NCBI RefSeq assembly: GCF_900167395.1
Contig: NZ_FUWK01000060.1
Location: 1 to 10,231, forward strand
Direction of reading: 5' to 3'
Source: Nitrosomonas europaea
Lineage (GTDB): Bacteria; Pseudomonadota; Gammaproteobacteria; Burkholderiales; Nitrosomonadaceae
Length of the DNA stretch: 10,231 nt
Under the pieces are notes generated by a model. The model made no database searches. It was not told the DNA's origin and saw only the letters and a program-made list of their open reading frames with translations. The position numbers and the translations under genes were made by a program. Shown one piece after another: positions 1-7,554 of this stretch (its first letter is position 1; each line of letters begins with the position of its first letter).

Positions 1-1
1 C

Positions 2-274
2 GAACATTCCAAAACGAAAGCCAATCATCCGCAGACCAACGGTATTTGCGAACGCTTTCACAAAACCATCTTGCAGGAGTTCTACCAGGTGACATTCCGG
101 CGCAAGATTTACCAGTCCATTGAAGAGTTACAACACGATCTGGATGATTGGATGGCGTACTACAACAGTGTGCGGACTCACCAGGGAAAAATGTGCTGTG
201 GACGCACCCCGATGCAAACTTTAATTGACGCAAAGGAGATATGGGACGATAAAATTACCGAATTGAATAACTGA
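2..274 (+). CDS. DDE transposase (integrase-core/rve superfamily), C-terminal fragment. The 5' end is outside the window.
   Basis: Frame 2 is open from the window edge and reads EHSKTKANHPQTNGICERFHKTILQEFYQVTFRRKIYQSIEELQHDLDDWMAYYNSVRTHQGKMCCGRTPMQTL, with a TGA stop at 272-274. HPQTNG-x-x-ERFH followed by YN-x-x-R-x-HQ is the conserved C-terminal signature of rve-type IS transposases. The TTG at 71 in the ORF track is not the real start. Confidence 0.88.
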   Translation, partial: EHSKTKANHPQTNGICERFHKTILQEFYQVTFRRKIYQSIEELQHDLDDWMAYYNSVRTHQGKMCCGRTPMQTLIDAKEIWDDKITELNN

Positions 275-322
275 ATCTGATCTAACAGGCACTCGTCAAA
301 TCGGGTAACTGTCAGATCAGAT
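275..322. repeat. Subterminal inverted repeat (hairpin) inside the IS, just after the transposase stop codon.
   Basis: ATCTGATCTAACAG (275-288) pairs with CTGTCAGATCAGAT (309-322), 13 of 14 complementary with a 20-nt loop. The mirror image is present in copy B at about 10046-10093. Confidence 0.5.
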
Positions 323-330
323 CTCAACTA

Positions 331-1254
331 CTACATATAACCTGATGCCCCAACAAACACATCAAAAGCGCGAAAATAGCGAACCAGGGGATATACCGAA
401 ACCGGCTGCACACCCTCAGGTAGTACAACATCTTTAATGGATATGGGATTATTCGCCCAGACAACTTCAAAGCCTGCCTGTTGTAACTGCTGTATCAGAC
501 CCTCCCCGATATTTTCGACATCGTTGATATTACCGGCTCCCAGGGAAAACAAAGCGTAACGTCCGTTCTCACTCAATCCCATCGCCCTTCTGGCCTGTAC
601 CCTATCCAGCAACTCCTCTTCCCTCAATAGACAAACGGGTGGAACACGTACCTGCGGGCAGTCGAAATCACTCTCCTCCCAGCCAGATTCATCACCCGCC
701 TCACCCGGCTTGATAATCAGGCTGAACATATTCTTCTGATGCGGAAATGATTTAGCCTTATCTGCCTGGTGCAAACCCCGATGCGACCAGACAATCTTTG
801 CCTTGCCATATTCTCTACAGGCATTAATAAATCCCTGATATGGCCAGGTACCATCAAAGACAATGACTGACGGACGAACATGCTCCAGTATCAGGCCAAG
901 GCGAAAACACAATTCACGATTCCAGTCTGCGGAACTTGTACGAGACCAGTTGGGCGAAACGAAGTAATCTGCTGGAAAACCCATTTCCTCGATAATTTCG
1001 ATCGCTGAAGCCAGCGAAAAAAACATGATCTCGACCTGACCCTGCAACTGACGTGCATAAGACAAACAACGGGATAAATGACCCATGCCGGCACCATTTG
1101 TGCAGACAAACAGGATAGTTGGCAACTTTACAAACTCCGGATAAAGCAGCATGCCAAATGCATGACTGCCAGATTGAAAAACAATTTCGGAGTTATACCA
1201 TAAGCAAATTTTCTGGGTATTTCGATAGACCGAGAAAGGCAATACAGATAACAC
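331..1254 (-). pseudogene. GT-B fold glycosyltransferase (MurG/GT28-like or COG4671-like), 3'-truncated by the IS insertion.
   Basis: The N-terminal loop ILFVCTNGAGMGHLSRCLSYARQL matches the G-x-G-H-x-x-R motif of MurG/PseG/COG4671-type GT-B enzymes. The ORF ends AFDVFVGASGYM*. The TG of the Met codon and the TAG stop (331-333) lie inside the IS terminus (TGTAG). The break falls in the conserved GYN(S/T)-x-x-E nucleotide-sugar-binding motif, so the rest of the C-terminal domain is missing. The start is ambiguous: GTG at 1254 has AAGGTG 10 nt upstream, while ATG at 1152 would leave a more typical short N-terminus (MLLYPEFVKLPTILF...). Confidence 0.72.
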
Positions 1255-1428
1255 CGATAGAAATCACCTTGCGCCGTCGCACAACTCGCATCGCTTCGAG
1301 AAGTGTCATTCTTCAACCGTCCATCTTGCCATCCCACACAATATACAAGACATTTTTCCCAATAGCCCTGTGTACACCATCGTATAAATCAGGAATAGAT
1401 TAACTATCATCATGTGCCCCAAACAGCT

Positions 1429-2910
1429 TTACGAATTTTCATGCGATTCTCTTTTTGTTAACTGCTGATACATCCCAAGCCATTTTCTGCCCCAATTTCG
1501 CATCCCGAGAAACTTTGAACGGGGCCGCTGATATAACAAATCTGATATTCCCAGTGCCGCAAAAGTAGCGATATCGCGTTTATTTGGCTCCTTATCGGAA
1601 ATAAAATAACGATTCAAAGGTTTCAACATTTCCTGCAAAGCTGTTTTGAATGGCTGAATCAGTTCGGGTGGCAGTAATTTAAGTGTGTACTGAAAAGAAC
1701 CCATACGCTTTCTCAGAATAGTAGCCAGGGCTTTTCGCATAAACGGGTCTGCCAGATACATTTCCAGTTCGCGATGAAATTCCGTAATGTGGCTAAAAGC
1801 TCCCGACCCGGCTCGATTATCAGTGGTAGAGCCTTGCCGACCATAGCGGTGATGATAAAAACTTACAGAGACCTGAATTGTTTTCTCTGCATAAAAATGT
1901 GACCAGACCGAGAAGCAGAAATCTTCAGAGAAATGGGTGCGTGGGAAATAAGCACCGCTACGAAGCAGAATACTTCTGGCATAAATACGATTCCATATAT
2001 TGGAAAAAAACGAACCCTCCAGCACGTTGGCCGGTTCATTTTCAGGAATCGTAAAGCATTTCTGGAGGAGCGATTCGGTCCTATCTGGATAATGGCGGGT
2101 AAATCCGGCAGCTGTCGCAATATCAGCACTCATCTGCTGCATTTCATACAAAGCGGACGTATATTCCCCCGGCGAAATCCAATCATCAGCATCAATAAAA
2201 CCGAATGTATCGGTTTGCACACTTGCCAAACCGATATTACGCGGCACGGCGGGCAAACCGCTCGCCTTGCAAATAGAGATATGATCAATAATTTCCGGAT
2301 ACTGACTGGCAAAGCCAGCAATTACGCCATGTGTATCATCCAATGAGCCATCATCGACCACAACGAGCGTTTTATCACTTTCGATAACCAGCGCACTCGC
2401 AAGACAATCCGTCAGATACAAGTCGCAATCATGCGCCGGAATAATCAGGGTAAGCCCCTGTTCTCCCGGTTGGCAAGATAGTGTGCTTTTTTGCATCTCC
2501 ATCGCAACAGGAGGTGTAAAAAACGGTAATACCTTACGTAAAATCTTGACGCCGCTCTCATCACAATCAACCGACAGCACTACCTGCGAGCGGTAACGCG
2601 CCAGCCAGCGCCCCTGTGCTTCGAGTACTGTCGCCGATTTAGCCCGACGGTTAAGAATCGCATTTACCGAAGGAAAACGGGCACAGTATTTTCTTAACCA
2701 GACCTCATCGTCCGCGCACCGGATATTTGCCACGAGCAGAATTTCTTCCGCGTTCGATTCATTCAGAAAAGATTGGAGCGTGTTATCTATCTGCTGCCGC
2801 TGCGCCAGATCAGCCAGTAAAAATATCAGCGTCTGGCCAGTCTCAGATTCAGATGAACTATTGCCCGTTTTACTTTCAGAAAAATCAACATGCTCTGATA
2901 GTGACTTCAT
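1429..2910 (-). CDS. Family 2 glycosyltransferase (GT-A fold) with an extra N-terminal region and an alpha-helical C-terminal extension.
   Basis: This is a 493-codon ORF. The canonical GT2 motif run spans aa 153-243: LTLIIPAHDCDLYLTDCLASAL, LVVVDDGSLDDT, PRNIGLA, FGFIDADD (DxD). Its ATG at 2910 lies 12 nt after the stop of the upstream gene, so the two are probably co-transcribed. Confidence 0.88.
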   Translation of the reverse strand: MKSLSEHVDFSESKTGNSSSESETGQTLIFLLADLAQRQQIDNTLQSFLNESNAEEILLVANIRCADDEVWLRKYCARFPSVNAILNRRAKSATVLEAQGRWLARYRSQVVLSVDCDESGVKILRKVLPFFTPPVAMEMQKSTLSCQPGEQGLTLIIPAHDCDLYLTDCLASALVIESDKTLVVVDDGSLDDTHGVIAGFASQYPEIIDHISICKASGLPAVPRNIGLASVQTDTFGFIDADDWISPGEYTSALYEMQQMSADIATAAGFTRHYPDRTESLLQKCFTIPENEPANVLEGSFFSNIWNRIYARSILLRSGAYFPRTHFSEDFCFSVWSHFYAEKTIQVSVSFYHHRYGRQGSTTDNRAGSGAFSHITEFHRELEMYLADPFMRKALATILRKRMGSFQYTLKLLPPELIQPFKTALQEMLKPLNRYFISDKEPNKRDIATFAALGISDLLYQRPRSKFLGMRNWGRKWLGMYQQLTKRESHENS

Positions 2911-2922
2911 TGCTACTATCCG

Positions 2923-5900
2923 TTACTGGCTGCTGACAGTATCTCCAGCCGCATCAGGCAAACGCCTTGTGATCAGTCTGCGCAAGCCGGTTCGAATGCG
3001 CTGGAATATACCGACATTCTCAGATTCTTCCACAACGTGGTCGAGTGCCAGTATTGCCTGCAACACACGCTCGCAGCATTGGCCGTCACGCCAGGCGAAA
3101 GTATTATGCATGCGTTTCGCATATTCATCAGAGGGCTGACAATCGCGTGCCAGCAAGTCTGCCATGGCAGTCAACACTTCCTGCTTTTCCGTGCACACCG
3201 GACCAAAACCGTCGCGGCGATAATCAAAATAGCCTTTCTGATACGAGTGAGCCCCAGAGAAAAATTCTTCTTCATCAAACTGCCAATAAACCACCGGGCG
3301 CTTGAGATAGGCCATTTCAAATGCAACGGAGGAGTAGTCGGTAATCAGCAATGCTGCTCGCTGGAAAAGTGTCTGAATACTGCCATCCATGTGTGACAAC
3401 ACCTCAATGCCGGCCGGCAAGTTGAACTGATCAAGATAAGATTGTATGTTGGCATGAGGAAAAAAGACTATCCGGTAACCCCGCTGTTGCGCCAATGCCA
3501 TAAGAGCCGGCTCAGACAGCAAACCTCCCCATGAGCGCGCGTAGAGCGTATCCATAAAGCCCTCACGCATGATACGCTCACTGCTCTTATCAATTAATTC
3601 ACCAAGTAAGTATTTACGCCAGGTAGGCATGATTAGAATCAATTTTTCTTTCTGCCCAGTACCCTGCAATAGGGCATCATGACGCGGGAAACCCGTAAGG
3701 ATGACTTCCTTGGAAGTGAATTTATACCGATTACCATCCTCGGCAAATGAGACCTGTTCAATTGGTGAAGCAGTTACAAGCAAATCGATACGTCTACTAT
3801 TCAACCAACGCGATAAGTCATCTTTGGTGACACCATGCTGCAAAAAAATAAATTGACGTCGCTTGATACCGCCATCAATGAAAGGGTCGACCACATAAGG
3901 AGCGGCTTGAGAGCTCACCATCCTGGTACATTCTTGCATCGCCAGCCGGTGTTCTGCACTACCAAAAGCAATCAATTGAAACCCTTCTGCCTGCAGGCGT
4001 GGCCAGTCATGCGATTCTTCACGTAACAGGAAATAAACAGGCAGTTGCGGCATAGCGCGACACACATAACGGTACAGATGCTCGGCGTTGTCATCCGCCT
4101 GCGTATCCCGGTCCATAAACAGCCAGGCGCCGGCATATTTCCCCTCGCGCACAGGCTGAAGCGCAGAAAAATGTTCGCGGATCGCCTGCACATCAATTGT
4201 TTTCCCCACCTGTTTGCCACCCATGGAAATACGCGCTGCTACATTATCCAGCCGTACTTCCAGTTTCCCTTTTTGGCTCAGCGGCAGCCAGACCCTGCGA
4301 TCCTGTACAAAAGTACGCTCAAGAAAATCATGCGCAGTGATTTTTTCAAATGCCGGCGCAACAATTTTTTGATTAACAATAAATTCCTCAGCAGGTTGTT
4401 CGCCATGGAAATAACGCAACAGTACCTGCTGCCTGGCCCAATCGAAACTTTCTACATAGACGATCTGGAAGGGAGGTTTTAATTGCTTGAATGCGGAAAG
4501 TATTCCGACTTTGTGAAAAAACCAGCAGCCAGCCAGCTCAAATTCCACAATGGTATCCGTTGTAATAACGGAAAACAGCTTATCCAAGTGAGCAAGAAAG
4601 CGCCCTTTTTGAGAAGGTGCAAGAAATGCAACTGTTTCCGAACGATTTACGATTTTTCTTAAATACCAGACAAGATCATAAAGTACGGTACGTTGTACAT
4701 ATTTTGGAACATTGTAGCCTCGTGCAATATAAGCATCAAACAATGCCTGATAACTGTAAATCATCACCTCATCAAAGCGTTCTTCTTTTTGCCAACTGAT
4801 ATCAAGCATAGAATTGGCTTCCGTAAAATTCCGATAGTAATAACGTGGCGCAACCAGAAAAGCCACTTGCTTGCTTTTAAGTGGCTGAAGATAACAGCCG
4901 ACAAAATGGCCATCCTCAAAATTGGGTTTGATCCGCTCATCAAATAACCGGCTTTGTTCTCGCAGTAAAGACAGCCTGAAAAAAGCAGAATTAACTGTTA
5001 ACTGCAGGTGTTTCTCCAGATCATCTGCAGCAAAAATACGATCACCTTTGGCAAACCGGTACTTTAATGGGTGGGTATCGCTGAAGCTGTCCTGATTTTC
5101 CCGATAAAAAATAAAATTGCATGAAAGCAGTGCTAATTTTTCAGCTGTCTTTTTGGCGGCTTGCTGTGCCAGGAAATCATCCACTTTCTGAAAATAATCG
5201 GGAGCGACGAAATCATCGGGATCAATAAAGGTCACCCATTCAGTATGTGCCTGTTGCAACCCCAAATTACGTGCACTGGCCTGACCCCCATTTTCTTTAT
5301 GCAAATACAGGATATTTTCCGGGTAACTTGCCTGCCAACGCCGGATAATATCTGCTGAATGATCAGTAGAACCATCATCTACCATGATCAGGTAAATATG
5401 GGAACGGAAATCCAGTGTCTGGCACGTCATCGAGTAGAAGAAATCATCCAGATAGGCGGCTACGTTATAAACAGCTGAAACAACTGTGTATTTTTCATGA
5501 CCCGCTGTATTGCCGGTTTTGCCAAGATCGGTAATCTGTTTATCAAACAACCTTAACCATCGGTTGCAGGGATCGGCTTTCAGCCCCTCATAAAAACCGA
5601 TTTCCACGTAATGCAGCAGCGGGTTGAGATCGGTTTCCAAAATTTCCGGATGTTGTTCCAGATAACGTGATGTATCAAAAAAAGGGCCAGGGTTTTTCCC
5701 CTCAGCGGCTCCATGATAAAAATAGTGATCAACCGGGTCTGCCCCGCTCTCCCTAACCTCAGGATATTGGGTAAAGTACCAGGCGGCATCAAACCAGCTG
5801 CATTGCCGCAAAACCCGGATGACCTTTTCAGCAGGATATTGTTTCAATTTTTCCAGTTCCCGGCCTGGCTCGCGCGCCAGTTTCGCTTCTTTTTGTAATC

Positions 5901-6576
5901 TGCCTGCCTGTCGTGTCTCAGAACTGCTGAAGGGTGTATCTGCCGGCAGCAACTCCAACATCGCGGCTGCTTCAATGACATCACCGGCTTCATGCAGTCT
6001 GAAAGCGAGCCATTTCAATCGGTAGGGTTTCGGGTCAAGCGCATATGCACGCCGCGCGGCTTCCGCGGCATGGTCACGTTTGTTTTGCATCAAATGCCGG
6101 GATAACGCCGTCCAGGCATTAGCCTGCATGACGGGTGAAATGGATGGCCTGGTCAGCAGTTTTTCAACTGCTGCAAACCCTTCTTCCTGATAAGTGGAAA
6201 TGACCTTGCCAAACCCTTTGCCCCCCAGCACCGCAGGTGGCTTTTTACGTACTGACTGGCGCCAGATAGCGAGAAGCTTTCCAGGCACCGATAACAATGT
6301 GCTCGGAGAATCCACAGCCTGGATCAGAATATTACCAAGCCGCACATTGAGCGCATTATGCGTTTCAAGATGATGCAATTGACGCTGAGCATCCACTAAT
6401 GCATGTAAACGCCGATTTTCAGCCACAACACTTACCAGTTTCTGATCAACCGATCTTCGGTATTCAAGCTCTCCCTGATCTTGAAACGATAAAGATTCAT
6501 CTGCTTCTTTCAACCCGCCTGATTGAAAGTTCTCAACGGTATCGGGAACCTTAAGTAAGTTTGTTGGCTGATTCAT
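2923..6576 (-). CDS. Multidomain glycopolymer synthase: N-terminal coiled-coil/helical region, GT2 glycosyltransferase domain and TagB/TagF-type CDP-glycerol (or CDP-ribitol) polyol-phosphate transferase domain.
   Basis: This is a 1217-codon ORF. Its ATG at 6576 has GGGAGA (rc of 6588-6593) 11 nt upstream. The GT2 motifs at about aa 363-455 (nt about 4970-5490) are YTVVSAVYNVAAYLDDFF, LIMVDDGSTDHS, GGQASARNLGL and FIDPDD. The Glyphos_transf-type motifs at about aa 815-1175 (nt about 3052-4134) are WLFMDRDTQADDNAEHLYRY, FLQHGV, IMPTWR, FFPH and LITDYSSVAFEMAYLKRPVVY. The linker region YYYRNFTEANS...VLYDLVWYLRK resembles the region that joins these two domains in bifunctional GT2/TagF-like proteins. 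Confidence 0.92.
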   Translation of the reverse strand: MNQPTNLLKVPDTVENFQSGGLKEADESLSFQDQGELEYRRSVDQKLVSVVAENRRLHALVDAQRQLHHLETHNALNVRLGNILIQAVDSPSTLLSVPGKLLAIWRQSVRKKPPAVLGGKGFGKVISTYQEEGFAAVEKLLTRPSISPVMQANAWTALSRHLMQNKRDHAAEAARRAYALDPKPYRLKWLAFRLHEAGDVIEAAAMLELLPADTPFSSSETRQAGRLQKEAKLAREPGRELEKLKQYPAEKVIRVLRQCSWFDAAWYFTQYPEVRESGADPVDHYFYHGAAEGKNPGPFFDTSRYLEQHPEILETDLNPLLHYVEIGFYEGLKADPCNRWLRLFDKQITDLGKTGNTAGHEKYTVVSAVYNVAAYLDDFFYSMTCQTLDFRSHIYLIMVDDGSTDHSADIIRRWQASYPENILYLHKENGGQASARNLGLQQAHTEWVTFIDPDDFVAPDYFQKVDDFLAQQAAKKTAEKLALLSCNFIFYRENQDSFSDTHPLKYRFAKGDRIFAADDLEKHLQLTVNSAFFRLSLLREQSRLFDERIKPNFEDGHFVGCYLQPLKSKQVAFLVAPRYYYRNFTEANSMLDISWQKEERFDEVMIYSYQALFDAYIARGYNVPKYVQRTVLYDLVWYLRKIVNRSETVAFLAPSQKGRFLAHLDKLFSVITTDTIVEFELAGCWFFHKVGILSAFKQLKPPFQIVYVESFDWARQQVLLRYFHGEQPAEEFIVNQKIVAPAFEKITAHDFLERTFVQDRRVWLPLSQKGKLEVRLDNVAARISMGGKQVGKTIDVQAIREHFSALQPVREGKYAGAWLFMDRDTQADDNAEHLYRYVCRAMPQLPVYFLLREESHDWPRLQAEGFQLIAFGSAEHRLAMQECTRMVSSQAAPYVVDPFIDGGIKRRQFIFLQHGVTKDDLSRWLNSRRIDLLVTASPIEQVSFAEDGNRYKFTSKEVILTGFPRHDALLQGTGQKEKLILIMPTWRKYLLGELIDKSSERIMREGFMDTLYARSWGGLLSEPALMALAQQRGYRIVFFPHANIQSYLDQFNLPAGIEVLSHMDGSIQTLFQRAALLITDYSSVAFEMAYLKRPVVYWQFDEEEFFSGAHSYQKGYFDYRRDGFGPVCTEKQEVLTAMADLLARDCQPSDEYAKRMHNTFAWRDGQCCERVLQAILALDHVVEESENVGIFQRIRTGLRRLITRRLPDAAGDTVSSQ

Positions 6577-6913
6577 TGTTTATTGTTTCTCCCATACTAA
6601 AAGACAGAATCACTTTTTGTTAATTGTTCACATTTATGTCATATCCTATTCCAGATGCTGGCTTTCAAATCAGGAGTAAATGCCGATATCCCCCCTGTTA
6701 TCGGATCTTTATTCAGCATGATCGTGAATAACCAAGGTGTTTTTGGCGTCTTTCTTTTATGCAATGCAGATAAAACCTTCTACCAGCTCCATTCCGGATG
6801 ACGAAATGGACGGTTTTAATGTGAGGGATGCAGATTAACGCAGAGGGAAGACGCTAAAAGCCGGGAAATAGCGTTGTTTTAAATGCTGTAGAGAAGAATT
6901 TAATATAAATACA

Positions 6914-6945
6914 TTGATAAAATATCAAAATATTTATATTATCAA
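6914..6945 (+). promoter_or_regulatory. Candidate sigma70 promoter with an overlapping palindromic operator for the higBA-like module.
   Basis: TTGATA (6914-6919), a 17-nt spacer, then TATTAT (6937-6942). The -35 element is the left arm of a perfect palindrome TTGATA-aaa-TATCAA (6914-6928), and a third TATCAA half-site lies at 6940-6945. This is a motif-only prediction in an AT-rich stretch. Confidence 0.35.
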
Positions 6946-7262
6946 ACTCATTAAATTCATTGGTTCCAGTCTTGATGATCTGAAAAATTTTCCGGAAGAA
7001 GCTCGCAAAGCAGTCGGATTCGAGCTTTTCGCGGTACAGAGGAGGGCTGATGCCATCTGATTTCAAACCAATGCTTGCCGTTGGGCCGGGGGCTTACGAG
7101 ATCAGGATTCACATAATGGGTGAGTGGCGCGTAATTTACGTGGCAAAAATGCAGGACACAATATATGTCCTGCATACATTTCAGAAGAAAACACAGAAAA
7201 CCAGCAAGCACGATCGTTATAGGCAAATCATAAAGGAGATAACCAATGGAAAAAATAACTGA
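6941..7262 (+). pseudogene. HigB/RelE-superfamily toxin of the phage Gp49-like (DUF891) type, frameshifted and lacking a canonical start codon.
   Basis: The N-terminal half, IKLIKFIGSSLDDLKNFPEEARKAVGFELFAVQR, is in frame 2 and hits TGA at 7058-7060. The C-terminal half, GLMPSDFKPMLAVGPGAYEIRIHIMGEWRVIYVAKMQDTIYVLHTFQKKTQKTSKHD, is in frame 0, which is closed upstream by TGA at 6981-6983. Removing one base near 7040-7043 (in cagAGGAGGGctg) joins them into the family consensus ...AVQRGLMPSDFKPM.... There is no ATG, GTG or TTG where the family start (MK..F.GSS) is expected. The codon at that position is ATC (6941), and the nearest in-frame TTG is at 6914. Confidence 0.62.
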
Positions 7263-7524
7263 CTCCAGCGGAAATATATTTACTGACCTGGGATTCAACC
7301 CGGAGCAATCAGCTATCTATACCCTGCGAGCAGAATTGATGAGCAATTTGCGCAAAACGATCCGGGAACGTAAATGGACTCAGGAAGAAGCTGCCAAAGT
7401 GCTTAACATTGGACAATCCCGCGTATCCGATCTGATGCGTGGCAAATGGGAAAAATTCAGCCTGGATATGCTCATCACTCTGGCGATCCGGGTCGGCAAA
7501 CGGATTGGGATTACTGTTGTATAG
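7246..7524 (+). CDS. higA: HigA-like XRE-family helix-turn-helix antitoxin (full-length copy).
   Basis: This is a 92-aa ORF. AAGGAG (7233-7238) lies 7 nt before the ATG, and the gene overlaps the toxin reading frame by 17 nt. The HTH core WTQEEAAKVLNIGQSRVSDLMRGKWEKFSLDMLITLA and the N-terminal SGNIFTDLGF match antitoxins paired with Gp49-type toxins. Confidence 0.85.
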   Translation: MEKITDSSGNIFTDLGFNPEQSAIYTLRAELMSNLRKTIRERKWTQEEAAKVLNIGQSRVSDLMRGKWEKFSLDMLITLAIRVGKRIGITVV

Positions 7525-7551
7525 GGAATTAGTACACAAGCTAAAAACAAA
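7283..7551. repeat. Direct repeat copy 1 (269 bp), covering higA codon 13 to 27 nt past the stop codon.
   Basis: It matches 8500-8768 at an offset of 1217 bp, with one mismatch found (G 7359 versus A 8576, synonymous ACG/ACA). Identity breaks at 7282/8499 and at 7552/8769. Confidence 0.95.
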
Positions 7552-7554
7552 ATA

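Larger units (their letters stand above)
1..335 (+). mobile_element. Insertion sequence copy A, right-hand end only (the rest lies outside the window). DDE/rve type, probably IS481 family.
   Basis: It carries the 3' end of an rve-type transposase gene plus 61 bp of terminal sequence. Positions 137-335 are the exact reverse complement of 10033-10231. Identity stops at 335/336, and the terminus reads TGTAGTAGTTGAGATC from outside in; I recall a TGT start as typical of IS481-like inverted repeats. The boundary is uncertain by about 5 bp, because 4 of the next 5 bases also match between the two copies. Confidence 0.85.

Noticed and set aside
336-340. Possible extension of the IS terminus by 5 bp (TATAA versus AATAA on the two copies), or a shared target duplication.
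   Set aside because: Four of five matches in AT-rich sequence is not informative. Ending the IS at TGT (335/10033) keeps the native GGTTATA, consistent with the conserved GYN motif of the disrupted gene.
3037-4482. Multiple 60-145-aa ORFs on the opposite strand or in other frames within the large genes (for example 3037-3396, 3045-3305, 4045-4482, 1933-2346, 2780-3139, 6957-7298 and 7309-7539/8526-8756).
   Set aside because: All are nested in or antisense to long ORFs that have strong domain evidence. They have low-complexity or motif-free translations and are typical shadow ORFs.
6655-6801. A 48-codon plus-strand ORF in the divergent intergenic region.
   Set aside because: It has no SD and no recognisable motif, and it overlaps hairpin and palindrome sequences. 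It is most likely non-coding.
7038-7060. Programmed ribosomal frameshifting as an explanation for the two-frame HigB-like toxin.
   Set aside because: There is no slippery heptamer or downstream structure at the site. The gene also lacks a canonical start codon, so simple decay or a sequencing indel is the more economical reading.
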